The position numbers were made by a program, and so were the translations under genes. DNA of 64,000 nt. Origin: Amoebidium appalachense (lineage: Eukaryota; Protista; Ichthyosporea). The stretch spans positions 3,437,957 through 3,501,956 of the forward strand of contig CAVNZM010000016.1 in NCBI GenBank assembly GCA_963693365.1, in the 5' to 3' direction. Below are positions 1-30,146 of this stretch, piece after piece; within the stretch, counting starts at the first letter, position 1; each line of letters starts with the position of its first letter. The notes under the pieces are model-generated. The model worked only from the letters and a program-made list of their open reading frames with translations. It made no database searches and was not told the DNA's origin.

Positions 1-119
1 CCCCCCTTCCCCCACCTCCCAAATACACCCGCCCACCCACCCACCCACCCACACACCCCCACCCCCCCTCCACTGCTGCCCCCAAACACACACTCACCCA
101 CACACACCCATTCACCCTC

Positions 120-158
<39 letters not shown>

Positions 159-191
159 CCCACATACACACGTACACACACGCACACACAG

Positions 192-371
192 ATTGTGGAG
201 GCCATCCAGACTGGTCAGCAGGTGCTGTGCATGCCTCGCATGGTGTACCTGTGCCCCCTCTTCCGCATGCTCCCAGTGGATCTCATGGACTCACTGTGTG
301 CATGGCTGGGAATCAGCTCGAGCATGGACGACTTTAAGGGCAGGCAGGCAGAGACAAAGAAGGTCCTTTAA
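192..371 (+). CDS. Terminal exon of a short-chain dehydrogenase/reductase (SDR16C / retinol dehydrogenase 10-like); the gene starts upstream of the window
   Basis: After the (CA)n-CAG acceptor at 191 the phase-0 frame reads IVEAIQTGQQVLCMPRMVYLCPLFRMLPVDLMDSLCAWLGISSSMDDFKGRQAETKKVL* (TAA 369-371). This matches from memory the SDR16C C-terminal pattern IVxAIxxxxxxLxxPxxxY...LP...LG...SMxxFxGR. The supplied ORF 193..390 is the wrong frame. Confidence 0.75.
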   Translation: MVEAIQTGQQVLCMPRMVYLCPLFRMLPVDLMDSLCAWLGISSSMDDFKGRQAETKKVL

Positions 372-809
372 GGGACCGGTGTGTGGTTAACCGATCGTGA
401 GGCAATGGTTTGGATACCATATTTGGCATAAGCTCGAGCGTGGACGACTTTAAGGGCAGGCAGGGTGAGACAAAGAAGGTTCTTTAAGGTGGATTCGTTA
501 AATTTATGGGAGTTGGTGTTGGTGTGTGATTGGTTGAGGTATTAGTGTTGATACCATATTTGGACTCGAACATTTGCATCGAACACTGCCCTTAAGAATT
601 CCTCATGCCCATATGCACACACAATGTAGTATCAATGCTCATTTTGGGCACTTGTTGATAAAAATTAATAGATGATTTAAAAATACTTGCACGAAACGAA
701 CCACTGCCCTTACGCACACCACCACCAGACACGGACATTTTTGCACTTTGTCCCCACTTTTGTACTTTGTCCCGAATTGAGGGAGCTGTCTTTTTTTTAT
801 TATTATTGT

Positions 810-1145
810 TATTATTAATTTCCTTCCCTTTTTAACTTTGACCCATATATCTCTATCCCCAACTCAGGGACTTTTTTTTCGTTTCCTTTTTTAACTTAAA
901 CTTATACTTTTCTTGACCCATACATTTCTATCCCCAACTCAGGGACTTTCTTTTCGTTTCCTTTTTTAACTTAAAACCCATACTTTTCTAGATCACAACT
1001 ATTTTTTCTTTTCCTTTTTAAACTTAAACCCATACTTTTCTAGATCACAACTATTTTTTCGTTTCCTTTTTTAACTTTTTTAACTTTTTTTTTTTTTTAT
1101 AACTTTTTTAACTTTTTTAAACCCATACTTTTCTAGATCACAGCT
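810..1145. repeat. Degenerate tandem repeats (about 55-75 bp units) containing CCCATACTTTTCTAGATCACA or TCTATCCCCAACTCAGGGAC
   Basis: Direct repeats are visible at about 838, 915, 977, 1028 and 1122. Confidence 0.7.
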
Positions 1146-1339
1146 ATAAGGTTTCATAGTGTCATGTCAAATGTAACTGCCAGGGGCACACCAAATGCAC
1201 ATTTTCTCACACCAGGCACGAGTTTCCTTTTTTGGACATGCCATGATCATAACTTTTCCATATATGGGCATTGAGAGACACTGCGGGCAGTGGCTTTGGA
1301 TAATTAAACTTGGCGACTTTTTCACTGGATTGTGTGTGT

Positions 1340-1383
<44 letters not shown>

Positions 1384-1588
1384 ATTTGTGCAGCAAATGC
1401 ACTGGGATGCCTTGGTGAGAAGCGGGAAAGAACATATGGGACCACAACCAAGAACAAGTGCAAAAACTTCACTTGGAATTCCGCATCAGATCGAAGATTA
1501 TTATAGATCTTGCCATTGGTGGTGGTGGTGGGTTTGTGGCGTGTGTGAGGGTATTGGTGTGTGCCAGTGTGTTGGGAGGAGGAATGGA

Positions 1589-1621
<33 letters not shown>

Positions 1622-2171
1622 GAACATCAGAGCAAAGGTGGTATGTATTCCGGATATAATTCCTGCCCGTATATACCAACCGAGATCTTTTTAAAAAAAA
1701 GGGGAAAAAAAGAAAAAAAGGAGAACAGGAGATTTACCGATTGCCCAAAGCACATGCCCACAGCATCACTTGCATGCAGCCGCACATGGCAATTGCATGG
1801 GCACAGAAGAGCATCTTTCGAGTTTAAAAATTGAGATTTAATGAGGGGAATCCATGCACAGTTATTGGCGATTCCTCTAGCCAATAGGTCAACACCCCAG
1901 GGTGCCACACACGAAAAACCATTACAAGAATATCAATTTACATATATCCTTACACAGGGGAAAACACTTAATAATATCAGCATATATGCTGGTATGGAAA
2001 TTCACGGGAAGTATGTAGCATTAGAGACAAATCCTAACTAGCGTCTTAGCCTGTACTATGGAAACTCGTATTTACGGACCCCAGAGGGGCCCAGACCTAG
2101 TGAACAGAGATACCTACATCCGCGCATTGGGGAAAGTCGTTTCCAGTTCTGGAGACGAGTAAAATGACCCC

Positions 2172-2254
<83 letters not shown>

Positions 2255-2525
2255 ATACATGCACTTATCAGAAGTCTGCATGATTTGTCAACTACATACT
2301 TATTTACGTGCCTTATCCAACTAACAAATAAGCCATGTACTATAAATAACTGAGTCAGCACACGTACGCTAATGGGCTCACGGGGGCACCCACGTGCATA
2401 GATAAATATGACAACGTTCAAAGCCCCTACATTTTTTTTTTTTTTAACATCTGACAGTCAGGTGTGGGTGCAATGCTTCAAAGCCGTATTTCACTAGAAC
2501 ACAGGATGCCCCGACAAGAGAGAAG

Positions 2526-2563
<38 letters not shown>

Positions 2564-2749
2564 CCCCCCCCCTCTTCCCCCCCCCCATCCCCCCCCCCCC
2601 CCCCCCCTCCCCCCCCCCTTCCCCCCCGGAAAAACCACTACCACCACCACCAAAAACCGCATACACGAACACACCGTCTAACTTAAATAAAAAAAAAAAA
2701 AAAATGCCTTCGTGGCCAAAAAGGACAGATTGTGTGAAAACAACCAGAG

Positions 2750-2818
<69 letters not shown>

Positions 2819-3465
2819 AAAAAAAAAAAAAGAAAAAGAAAAAGAAAAAACCGACAACCACTCAAGCAACCAAACCAACAAAGTACCCAAAAACCCGGGG
2901 AATTTGACAGACCTCCAAGGCACCCTAGAAAATGCACCTGAACCTAAATGCGAGAAGATCGAAAACTCGGAAGAACGATCCCCAAAACACCGGATTTTGC
3001 CATTCCCAACATGTTTTCACCCTCCCAAATCCCGGAGATTCGAAGAGCTAAACCCAAAACACCGTTTTTCGAAAACCCCTGCATGTTTTCATCCTACTCC
3101 TCCTCCCACACAGGCAGCCGCATGTTGTTACCTGTGCCTGTGCCTGGAACTCGGATTCGAAAAAAAACTCAAAAAGGACCCCCAAAACACTGGGTTTTCG
3201 CCACTCCCTAGATATTTTCGTTCTGCTTTCACATGACACACTCCGAAACTTAACCAACAACACTGTATTCCTGATAATTCCTACATGTTTTCATCCTCCC
3301 CCTCCTCCTCCACAGGAAGCCAGTAACTCTGTCTGCGCCTGCAGGGATCCGAAAAACGAAATATAAAACACCAAACTCCCCACATCCCCTACAAGTTTTC
3401 ATCCTCATCCTAAATCCCGGGGGTTTGGAAAACGAAATCAAAAACACCGTTTTTTTGAATAATCC

Positions 3466-13149
<9,684 letters not shown>

Positions 13150-14294
13150 TGTGATGCCCAGGCTGCCTAAAAACCCCGAATGCCAGCTTGTTAGTCCATG
13201 TACCAATACTAAAATTTAGAAGAAGGTAGGGAGATGCAATCCAATTACTCTTAAATTCCTCCCTCCCTCCCTCCCTCCCCCTCCCCCCCCCCTCTCCTCC
13301 TCCCCCCCCCCCCCTCCCCTTCCCGGCGGCTTACCCCCCCCCCCCCCTCCCCCCCCCTCCCCCCACCCACCCCCACCCCTTCCCTTACTTTCATGATCGT
13401 TGAGTCTACTTCCTCTTGCTTTACTCCGTTTCACCCCCGATAGCTTGTTCCATCCTGCGATCTTAATCACCTTCAACACAACCCACATTCCATGGAACCA
13501 CTTTTTCACCACTGCAAAACCAAAGGAAAAACCCATCCCGGAAAAGGTTAAGACCGAGTGACACACCTAGCAGCAGGAGAAACCGCCGGCGTCTCAGAGT
13601 GCCGCTTAAAAACCCTGCCGTCAAGGGTGATGGACCTAAAAATCAAGAAGCACCGAATGAGCTAGTCAAATTCTAAACGCAAGTCACTGAAGAAACAGAC
13701 GTTTGACCGATTTCTCAAGAAAAGAAAGTCATCAGAGTAGGATGTCCCGTCAGATGTACGTGAGCCAAGTCCGTGCAAGACGCCACAAAGAATTAGAAAA
13801 GTTAGTTTCAAGTTACCGCCTTCCCAACTTCAGAGTGGGATGTTAAGAAAAACAAAAAAAATATCCGAAGCTGTCAAGAGCTTATTGTAGTGTTTGCTTG
13901 AAGCAACCTTGTTGTTGACGTTTAGTAAATCGAGCTCGAGTGCACAAGTACGTAACAAAGAGATTTTTGTTATGTTTGAATGCTGGTGACTTTCTTCACG
14001 CTTTCATATAGCCTATCTCGTGCACCAGAAAACATTAGTTCACAACGATGCACACGGTCGTGTGCCCCTCCTTCTTCCCCAACACAGCTTTCGATGCCAT
14101 CGATCTGCTTGAAACCTTTTTGCCAACTCTCCAGGTAACCGTACAGGAATGCAGGAATGTGCCAAAAGATAATACTATTGGATAATACAGCACCAATGGT
14201 GCACTTTTAACCAATCATATTCGAGAATGACGCCTCCCGACGGAGGCTCACACCCAGAAAGTCCCAAGCCACTTTAGACCAATTTAGATTTACT

Positions 14295-14313
14295 GCAAAA
14301 GTGTGTAAACCCC
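14295..14313 (+). mobile_element. Minimal 3'-terminal fragment (19 bp) of the non-LTR element at 42890-43869
   Basis: GCAAAAGTGTGTAAACCCC is flanked by the direct repeat ATTTACT (14288-14294 and 14314-14320). Its last 17 nt are identical to the element's 3' end. Confidence 0.55.
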
Positions 14314-15701
14314 ATTTACTAATTGAGAATCTCCGAGGTGTTTGCTTCGCTCTAGGGAGATCCAGCCAGCCGAACTCGCGAAATGAAGGGCTGAGTGATC
14401 GGCGGTCATATACCAAATCCTGCTTATAATGCTTAAAATCAATAATTTGAATAGAAAAGGGGTTTTGCTCCATAAATAAATAACTTGATCAACAAAGCGA
14501 CAATCAATTCTTGTATAAGCAACGTGGGGTGTCCGGCGCCTATTTCGTAGCGAAAACAGGCAAAAACCATTATTTCATCATAAACGATCGACCTCGAGGC
14601 AAGGTGGTATAGTAAGAGACTATGCCAGACGGGTTTTGATAATTTTAGCGATGTAGGTCATTTTTGAGCGCCTTGTTATTTCCTAAAACTTTTTCTTATG
14701 GACGAAAACCAACTTTCTAAGTAAAATCGGGGCCTAACTGCTTTTGAGAGGCTGTCGGTCTGAGATTTTGGCCTGTCACTGGCTGAGCGGCCCTTACCTT
14801 GGCCCTTACTTTTGGCGCAACCAATCACAAGATTCGAATTGTTCCGGTGAGCCATACATACAGCGTAAACCCCATACATACATATAAGGTTAGGCAGAAT
14901 GTGAAAAAAAACATTTCTAAACCGCATTAGCTACAACGGTAAAGTGGAAAAGAGTTTGTGATTTCGGTGTTTTGGCGGTGTACATCGCTGTAAGCAGAAG
15001 AGAAAGACAGACTGGCACTTCCATATACTCGCTGGAGCATGTTGGTCACATACACGCACACGCACCCACCCACCTTATGCGCGCACACACACACACAGAC
15101 AGACAGACCCACGCTCAAATTCACCCACCAACCCTGTGGCCACCCACCCACCCACACACCCCCAAACACACACACTGTAAACTTCGAGACATCCACACAC
15201 AGACAGACAGCACGCGCGCGTTCACGCACACACACACACATCCACACACGAGCACACAAGCACACGCTTGCTCTGGAGTATTTCACTCAAGCTAAACGTG
15301 TTTTAGTGAGCATCATCCCTCGCAGAAAGCTACATCTATACCCCGCTATTCTATAAAAGATGCACCCACTCCACTACACCAGGTTAGCAGCGCGCCTGCT
15401 TCCCTCCACCAGCCAGGTGTGCGCCCCCTCCCCCCCCTCCCTCCTCCCCCACCTCCCCCTCTCCCCTTGGCCCTTTCTTCCCGCCCTCCTTCTTCCTCTC
15501 TGCACACCTCTTCTCGCCCCTTCCTGCCCTCCCCCCCCCTCTCCCCCTTTCACTTGTATTCTCTCCTTCAGACCCCGTTGGCACACAGCTCAAGTCTCTT
15601 TTTGTGTGTGCACTCTCTCCCTCAACTTACTCTGCCTTCTTTTATCCTTAACCGCCAAGAACAGGTGTTTTACTCTCCCTCTGCCACATCACACTATGTA
15701 A

Positions 15702-22553
<6,852 letters not shown>

Positions 22554-22941
22554 CCCGATTAGTTTCTTTATATCTGACCCCACCCTGACCCGATTCGTTT
22601 CTTTTTACCCAGCCTGGCCTGATGACCCGTTTTCTTGGATCAGTGTGACAATCGCAAGTTTTATTTCCTGAGATCTTACCCCAACCTGACTCTTTTTGTG
22701 CTTTGGATCTTGCCCCAGGCTGATTCGATTCGATTCGTTCCCTTATACATGACCCGATTCGAAATCCATTTTATAGCATACATTGCGCACACTGCCATTT
22801 CCCCACGCTTCCCCTCGATACCGTAAACCCCTTATGTTAGAGCTCTTGAATAGAACTACGTGCTCTACATGGTGGTTTGCGGGGCAGTAGAACAGTGTGT
22901 TTTACATGATAGCACCCATGCCCTAGCCTTCTCCTGGGGAG

Positions 22942-22989
<48 letters not shown>

Positions 22990-23305
22990 CTCGATCAAGT
23001 AATGGATAGGTCAGGTTTGACCTATAAATGTTGATATGTTGGGAAATGTGTGGTGAAAGGTTCGGGTTGACAGTGGCGCCTGTGGCGGGCTTTTTTTTTT
23101 TTTTTTTTTTTTTTTTTTTGGTTACATATACTTAGTGGCATTCTGTGCTAGCTGTAGATGGTCGTGTGCGGTGACAGGCTCACCAGTACTGATGAGTAAA
23201 TATAGGGTGATTTTCTAATAGAAAGACACCCTTTGGGCCGTGCATATAGTAGTGGAGCAAGGAAAAGCACAAACGTTGAAACAGCAACAGGCGCCCGGGG
23301 GAGAT

Positions 23306-23347
<42 letters not shown>

Positions 23348-23561
23348 GGGGGGCATGAGGGGGGATCAATGAACATTTGTTGGGCCTTTCCCCCCGATGC
23401 AAAACAGCTAACTTGAACACCCCAGGCCTCATAAACGATAAATTCTCACAAACCTATCCCTATGCATATTTCTTGAGCACCGAGAAGCACGCACACCCCT
23501 TTCCTTTTCAGCATTAATATATACGTGTAGCTTGAAGATAACGGAAAAACTTTTATGTTAA

Positions 23562-23645
23562 AGGGGGTCTCCTTTATAAATCCGAATCGGGTCAGACCCG
23601 AAAGCGATTAGCGCTTTGTGATTGGCGAAATGCGCACCAAAAACG
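23562..23645 (+). mobile_element. Partial Kolobok/T2-like MITE (left TIR and subterminal region only)
   Basis: TTAA|AGGGGGTCTCCTTTA...TCGGGTCAGA...TGATTGG...TGCGCACCA is collinear with 10227-10315. No right TIR was found. Confidence 0.6.
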
Positions 23646-24012
23646 CAACGAGAAACACCCAAACAAGATGACAACTCAATTGGAGATGCCCCCGGGGGAG
23701 GGGGGGGGGGGGAGGGGGTGGCCACAGGAGCGGGAAGAAGGGGGGTGAGGGGAGGGAGAGAGAGGGGGGGGGGGGGGTTAGGGGGGGGGTGGGGGGTGGG
23801 GGGATCAGCCTGATGAAGGGGGGGAGGAGGGGTGGGAAGAGGGGTTAGCGTTTATAAGTTAGGAGGGTGGGTGGAAGATATAACGGGGGGGGGGGGGGGG
23901 GGGGGGGGTATCATGTTTTATTGAGCACATTTATAACGATCTTGGGTAGGTGCGTCTATCGGTGGGTGGGTGGTGGTAGTGGCAGGGAGGGGAGCGGGGG
24001 GAGCAGCGGCGG

Positions 24013-24106
<94 letters not shown>

Positions 24107-24434
24107 TTTTTGGGGGGGGGGGAGGGGGGGGGAAGTCCAGGGGCCTTATACGTAGGCGCAAGAGCAAAAAGAAAAGTGCAAATAGTGCATTTGCAATAGA
24201 CGCAACGAGATAGTTGCTTAGGTAGCTTGCCCGGATATCCGAGATATACCATATTCGGAACCTCAACAGCAGCATTTCCAAAACTTCATGTATGAACTCA
24301 GCAGCTACGGGGTCAACAATCCCTGATGATAATGTGTGTGGAGACCTGGTGTGATTATAATATGCAAGAAAACGCTGCTAAACTTATGTGTGTGGTCGTG
24401 GTGCGTGGTTTTTTTTTTTTTTTTTTTTGGTTTT

Positions 24435-24483
<49 letters not shown>

Positions 24484-24978
24484 TGCAAGGGACACCCGTG
24501 GGTAAGTTCTTTCCACAGGGGAATGTGTGCTTTATGCACGTGTCTCACTCATACCTCGAAAATGTCTGTAAAAGCAAATTTATTTTCTGGCATTTTCGAG
24601 CCACCATCTGTTCAAGGAAGAACTTGTGGTACTGGGGTACTTGCTTAAAGCATCCCACGGCCACACACTTGCGTGCTTAAAAGCACAAACAAGGAATACA
24701 AACTCAGTGAATAAATTACCTAATCTACGTCGTTTTGAAGAAAACGAGTAAAGAAGGCCTTACATCGGTAGCATACAATGTACGTTTTAAAAAACATTAC
24801 TTTTCGGAATCATGGCAAAACACTCCTATGTACACATTAGGCTATCCACACAATCATCAGCACATTATTTTCACATTTTTCGTTATCGTCGCCTTGCATA
24901 AAATCCAAAATGGCCAAAGAGCACTAAAAGAGAAGAAAAAACATCTTATATCTCATTCGGTTTTTTCGTTCCGTTTCT

Positions 24979-25740
24979 TCAGTTGTAGCGAGGTCTGGCA
25001 ATCCGCGCATTCACGTTCGCCGACACAAACTCCGGCTCCCACCCACGCTTAACCCCTTTCATCCCGTCGTCATTTTTAACCGCAACCACAGCGGGGATAT
25101 GCGCAAGCTGGCGCACGGGGCTCGGAGAGGAAAACGTAGCAACGACGCCCGGGCGCTCGAGTTTACTGCGCAGGTTGTCGAGATATCTCCCCTTCCACTC
25201 GTCGAATTCGTTCTGCCCAACGTGCAAACCGTATTTCAACAGTTTCAACAACCACAACTCCACCTCCGTGACGGCGCGAGCGGGCATGTCCGCCCACATA
25301 CCCCACAGGGAGTTTCCCGAGGGGATGTCCTGCACAAATTTGTTTGCGAGAACGAGGCAACCGAGGGAGAGACAGTGCTTGCACGCGTGTTTCGACTCGG
25401 TACCTAGCGCCTTTGTGGCACGCGCCTGATAAATCATGGACACTACGAAAGCCGAGCGCGTAACTGCCCCCTGTTGCAAAAGTCGCTGTACAAACTGCTG
25501 CAGAGTGTCTCCGCCGTGGTGGTGGGGCACCGTTTGTGGGTAGCGTGCCTGCTCGGAAAAGGGAATGGATGTGGGTGGTGTGGCGGGTGGTGTAAGAAGG
25601 CAATTTGGGTGATAGTAGGTGGGATTGATAGTGGGCTGACTTGAAAGGACGAGCGAGCCTACGCACTGTTGGAAATGTGTGGCCATTTGTACGGCAGGCC
25701 ATGCCGTGTTATAAGAAGATACACAAGTGCAGGCGCCCAT
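24979..25740 (-). CDS. Pho85/PHO80-like cyclin (Pcl family), intronless, about 253 aa
   Basis: Continuous non-repetitive ORF with first ATG at 25740. Cyclin-box pattern LQQFVQRLL...VTRSAFVVSMIY..R...LSLGCLVLANKFVQD....NSLW....M....VTEVELWLLKLLKYGLHV...EF..W is typical of Pcl1/2/Pho80 cyclins. The N-terminal region has TPPATP sites. Confidence 0.85.
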   Translation of the reverse strand: MGACTCVSSYNTAWPAVQMATHFQQCVGSLVLSSQPTINPTYYHPNCLLTPPATPPTSIPFSEQARYPQTVPHHHGGDTLQQFVQRLLQQGAVTRSAFVVSMIYQARATKALGTESKHACKHCLSLGCLVLANKFVQDIPSGNSLWGMWADMPARAVTEVELWLLKLLKYGLHVGQNEFDEWKGRYLDNLRSKLERPGVVATFSSPSPVRQLAHIPAVVAVKNDDGMKGVKRGWEPEFVSANVNARIARPRYN

Positions 25741-25914
25741 TTTGAATGTATGTATTATAAAAAGAAGGGTAGTTTCGTCAGGTGTACGGAAGAGGCGAAG
25801 TGGTTGTGTTGCATCTGAGAACAACCGTTGAGGGTGCGGCTTTATATACTCGCTCGGTGGCAGGGGTCAGCGAATCAAAATTCAGGAACCCAGGTGTCAA
25901 ATCTCTTCAGATTC

Positions 25915-26565
25915 GGATTTGAAAAAATTAGAGAATGGGCGGTGATTGGTTGTTTTGGAATTACTCATTTAGACAAGAAATTTGATAAATCTTTTGATTG
26001 GCTACGGGTCATGGATAGCAATAACTCCCGCGCAAATTGGTTTTGAAAAAAGCATTTTGATCGATTTGGCGCGCAAACCGCCGCCAAGCGACGGTTACAA
26101 CGAGCCGCCTTCATGCGTGCTGAGAACACGCCGACTCTTCGCCGGATCATCCGTTGGGACTCGTGAGCAAACATCATATACGATTACGCAGTTTGAGGTT
26201 TATTTAATATATGTAATTGTTAGCACTGCTTTTAATTGTAACAATTTCTCTATCAGTGTTGGGTTGCATGCGATACTCAAGCAGTATCAGCAACTAAGTG
26301 GCGGATAGATTGTACATAGAAACTAGCATGCGTTTGATTGGCTAGAGCCAGGTGTAGTTTTATTGAGACAGGATCCAATTGTAGCAAAACGTACGCCTCG
26401 GTGATTGGTTGCTACGGTTTGAACAAAGCTGACCGCCAATCAAAATCTATTTACATCGCTGATTGGCTGACTGGAATTTTGTAAGGCCAATAAGCGAAGA
26501 CACTAAATCCCAAGTCCACCAATCATAATTCTGAACCGTTCTGTAAATTTCTAATGATTGGCTAA
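25915..26565 (-). promoter_or_regulatory. Putative promoter of the cyclin gene with dense CCAAT boxes and E2F-like sites
   Basis: About 11 CCAAT/ATTGG motifs between about 25945 and 26560; TTTGGCGCGCAAA at 26065-26077; TCCCGCGCAAA at 26026-26036. The region is microsatellite-free. Confidence 0.5.
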
Positions 26566-27925
26566 AGGAACATTCCGCCGTGTGAGGCGGGCGAACAACA
26601 GGGTGTGAAACTCGTTTTCATTTTAGCAACTTTTCCCCTGCCTGGATGCCCCTAATAAACCCATCAAGCGTTTCTAAGGGCATTTCTTTTATATTTTTGA
26701 CTTTACTAGAACCATCATTGAATGGCTATAACACTGTTGGGACATAGACTCAATTTCGATGCTTCAGGGACGACTCTGTGGTCACAAACCGCCTAATTCA
26801 CAGCCTGGCGAACAGCCACCGTTGCTGTGGGTGGCGGCCGTTTATCGCCCCGTTTTGTTGCTCAGGTGACCCTGTCTACTATCGGCCCGCACCCACTTTA
26901 TCTATCGCCGCATGTTTTCGCGCAAAGTTTTCGCGGCAAAAGAAAGGGATACGTGCCGGCGCGTTGGTGTGTCCGTTGGCTTGTCCGTTTCCTGCCCAAT
27001 TCTTGCAGCATTCATGCTTTCCTTTGGCTATCACCCAACGGCACTACATAGAAGTCTAAGAAGACCTTCCGGGCGGTTGCTTGCCGGCCGGCAACTTCCC
27101 GTCCCGGCCGCACGCATTGCACTGATCCCTACGGTGACGTCAACCACCAACACAGTGAGTGCCACTGGCCACTCTTAGATAGAAATATCCTCAGGGGCCC
27201 TACGTTAGTCATATATGAGAAACATGGAAATAATTAATGTAGTGATCAGAGAGGTCCCTTTTCCCGCCGCCCTACCAGTTGCATATCCGTCCGGCTGTGT
27301 GCATATGCCACTGGCGATGACGATTACGTCATAACTATTGTGTATTAGGCCACTCTCAACGGTCGGCGCCGGTTCCGGGTACTCTGGCACACGTGCACCG
27401 AAGTACGGCTGGCTGCCTTGCCTTGCACACTGCACTTCGGACAGTGACTATGCTAGCTAATGATCAGTAGTTGGCAACATTATTGCTTATTTTTAAAATA
27501 ATCATTATGAACCCATGGTACGGTGGCGTGTGTATTACATATGCAGGTCTTTATTCGGAGGTGCAGACTCTGAGGGATCCGGCCTAGATATACATAGCTA
27601 GCTATAGCTATAGGAAGGCCTTTTGCACTTTTTGCATGGTCGTGGTATGTATTTTTTATTTTCAAGTTTTTTATTTCTTATTTATTGGGGGGGAGGGGGG
27701 GAGGGGGGGAGGCCCCAAGGGGGGGGGGGGGGGGAGGGGGGAAGGGGAGGTGGGAAGGAGAAAGGGGGGGGGAGGGGGGGGGGGGGGGGGGAGGGGGTTG
27801 TAACAGGGGGGATGGGGGGGAGTGTACAGGAGGATTTCTTTTTTTGGGGGGGGGGGGGGGGGGGGTGGGAGGGGGGGGGGGGGGCTGGGGGGGAAGGGGG
27901 GGATGTCATGGCAGCCAGAGGGTAG

Positions 27926-28070
<145 letters not shown>

Positions 28071-28288
28071 CCCCTCCCCCCCTCCCCCCCCTCCCCCCTC
28101 CCCCCCCCCCCCCCCCCCCCGGCGTCTCCCCCCCTTCCCTCCCCTCCCCTCCAGCGTGAGGGGAACTCACCCATCAATCCGGGCTTTCATGACATGGTAC
28201 TATTTGGGAAAAATTATAAACCCGTTCATTCTATATTTTATCCCGTTTTGAGGCGGCCCAGCCAGTTCGGCTGAGTCAACTTGCTCCG

Positions 28289-28565
28289 AGCAGAATTATT
28301 CTTCAAAAAGCACAGTTACTCTGCCAAAAGCAGAATTATCCTGCAAAAGCAGTATTATTCTGCGAAAGCAGACTTATTCTGAAAAAGGAGAATTATTCTG
28401 CTAAAAGCAGACTTATTCTGCGAACAGCAGAAATAATCTGCTAAAAGCAGAATTATTATGCTAAAAGCAAAATTATTCTTAAAGCAGAATTATTCTGCAA
28501 AAAGTAGTGGGATTCTGCTTTTGCGGAATTATTCGATTCCCCTTCTTGCAGAATAATTCTGCTTG
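28289..28565. repeat. Minisatellite, about 19-20 bp unit AAAGCAGAATTATTCTGC (about 11 copies, plus inverted copies at the 3' end)
   Basis: The repeats are directly visible. The core GCAGAATTATTCTGC is itself a near-palindrome. Confidence 0.85.
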
Positions 28566-29560
28566 TTGCAAAGTTGACTTTGCCGATGTGGTTGGGCCCT
28601 GTTTTGTTCCCGGGGGAGGGCCCTTACCATACTGAGGCTCTTGGGAACATGCGTCTTCCACAGTACGAGTGACCAACTTGCTACTAGCACCGACTAGGGA
28701 CTTGAACACGATGCAATATCAATCAAGCTACAGTAAGGCCGCTAACACCTATACCTATCCTTACTATTAGTGCACACTTAGCCCAACGGTTTTTTGCCTG
28801 TGACCCATAACCGTAAATGTTCGAGCCTAACCTATCGATATCATGGTATTAGTCTTTAGTTAGTATAATGCAAGTTAACGTAGCTGTAAATGTCAGACGA
28901 AAATTTCTGTCTGACAGACACTCTGAATTATGCACGAATGCACGCACAGAATACACATTGCATGCTGTGACACGTGCATACACACGCGTACACAGCTGGC
29001 AAACTTGGAACACACACCGTGACACACTCACGCACATATGCACATACAGACATACACACATGCGGTCATGCGCGCGCGCATACGCACACAAACACACACA
29101 AACGCACACATACACACACGTGCGCGCACATACACACATAATACACACGCACACACACACACACACGCACATACACACATGTGGTCATGCGCGCACGCAT
29201 ACACACACAAAAACACACAAACACACACATACAAACACACACACCGTGCGGCACATACACACATAATACACACGCACACACACGCGCGCACACACGCATG
29301 CACGCACACACGCACGCACACACGCACGCAAGCACACCAACGCACGCACGCACGCACGCACGCACACACGCACACGCGCACGCACACACATATACACCCA
29401 CATGAGTGCACACACACATGGATGCACACACATGCACATACACAACCACATGTACACTTGGCAAACACACACGCACGTGTCCCACACCAGAAAAAAAGGA
29501 TGCACATACACATGCACACACATACACACATGCACCCACCCACACCCACACCCACACCCA

Positions 29561-29635
<75 letters not shown>

Positions 29636-30115
29636 TGACATGCACATGCACACACACACGCACATGTATACAAATGCACACCTACACACACACACACACA
29701 CGCATGCCACATACATCGCACTTAAACACATACGTGGGTACAGTGGGCACCGTGACGATAACTTGCCCCAATGATGATCACAAAAAATGCTGATCGGAAC
29801 GAACCTTATACGTAAGAACTTGTTAAGGGGAAGACAGGGAGAGGTGTTTAAAGGGGAGTTTCAAGTCACAAAGTTTAGTCTGACATTTGGGAAGCACATT
29901 TCAAACTCGGTCCCGACGGCGTATACATAAAGGCGGTGCCACTGGGTGCGAGGATCGAAGGAATGGGGGGAGGGAGGGGGGGGGGGGGGGGGGGGGAAGG
30001 GGGGAGGGGTATCCGAGGAGGTGGGGAAGGGGGGGGAATGGGGGGGGCGGGAGGGGGGGAGTGAGGACACAGCTATATCTGCCTCGTGAACTCTATCTCC
30101 CTCTCCCCCCCCCCC

Positions 30116-30146
<31 letters not shown>

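Noticed and set aside
449-594. TTAAGGGCAG...CTGCCCTTAA as a TTAA MITE
   Set aside because: The inverted match is only 10 bp, and the left arm is part of an exon echo.
1207-1324. Minus-strand frame ending KKGNSCLV* as a prenylated terminal exon
   Set aside because: The Cys is third from the end, so it is not CaaX, and no upstream exons could be linked.
14600-14660. tRNA A-box-like GGTGGTATAGT
   Set aside because: There is no B box or cloverleaf. No tRNA or rRNA gene was recognised anywhere in the window.
23185-23230. Hammerhead core CTGATGA...GAAA
   Set aside because: The intervening sequence does not form stem II, and the flanking stems are absent.
28289-28565. Palindromic repeat array as a CRISPR
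   Set aside because: The units are contiguous with no spacers.
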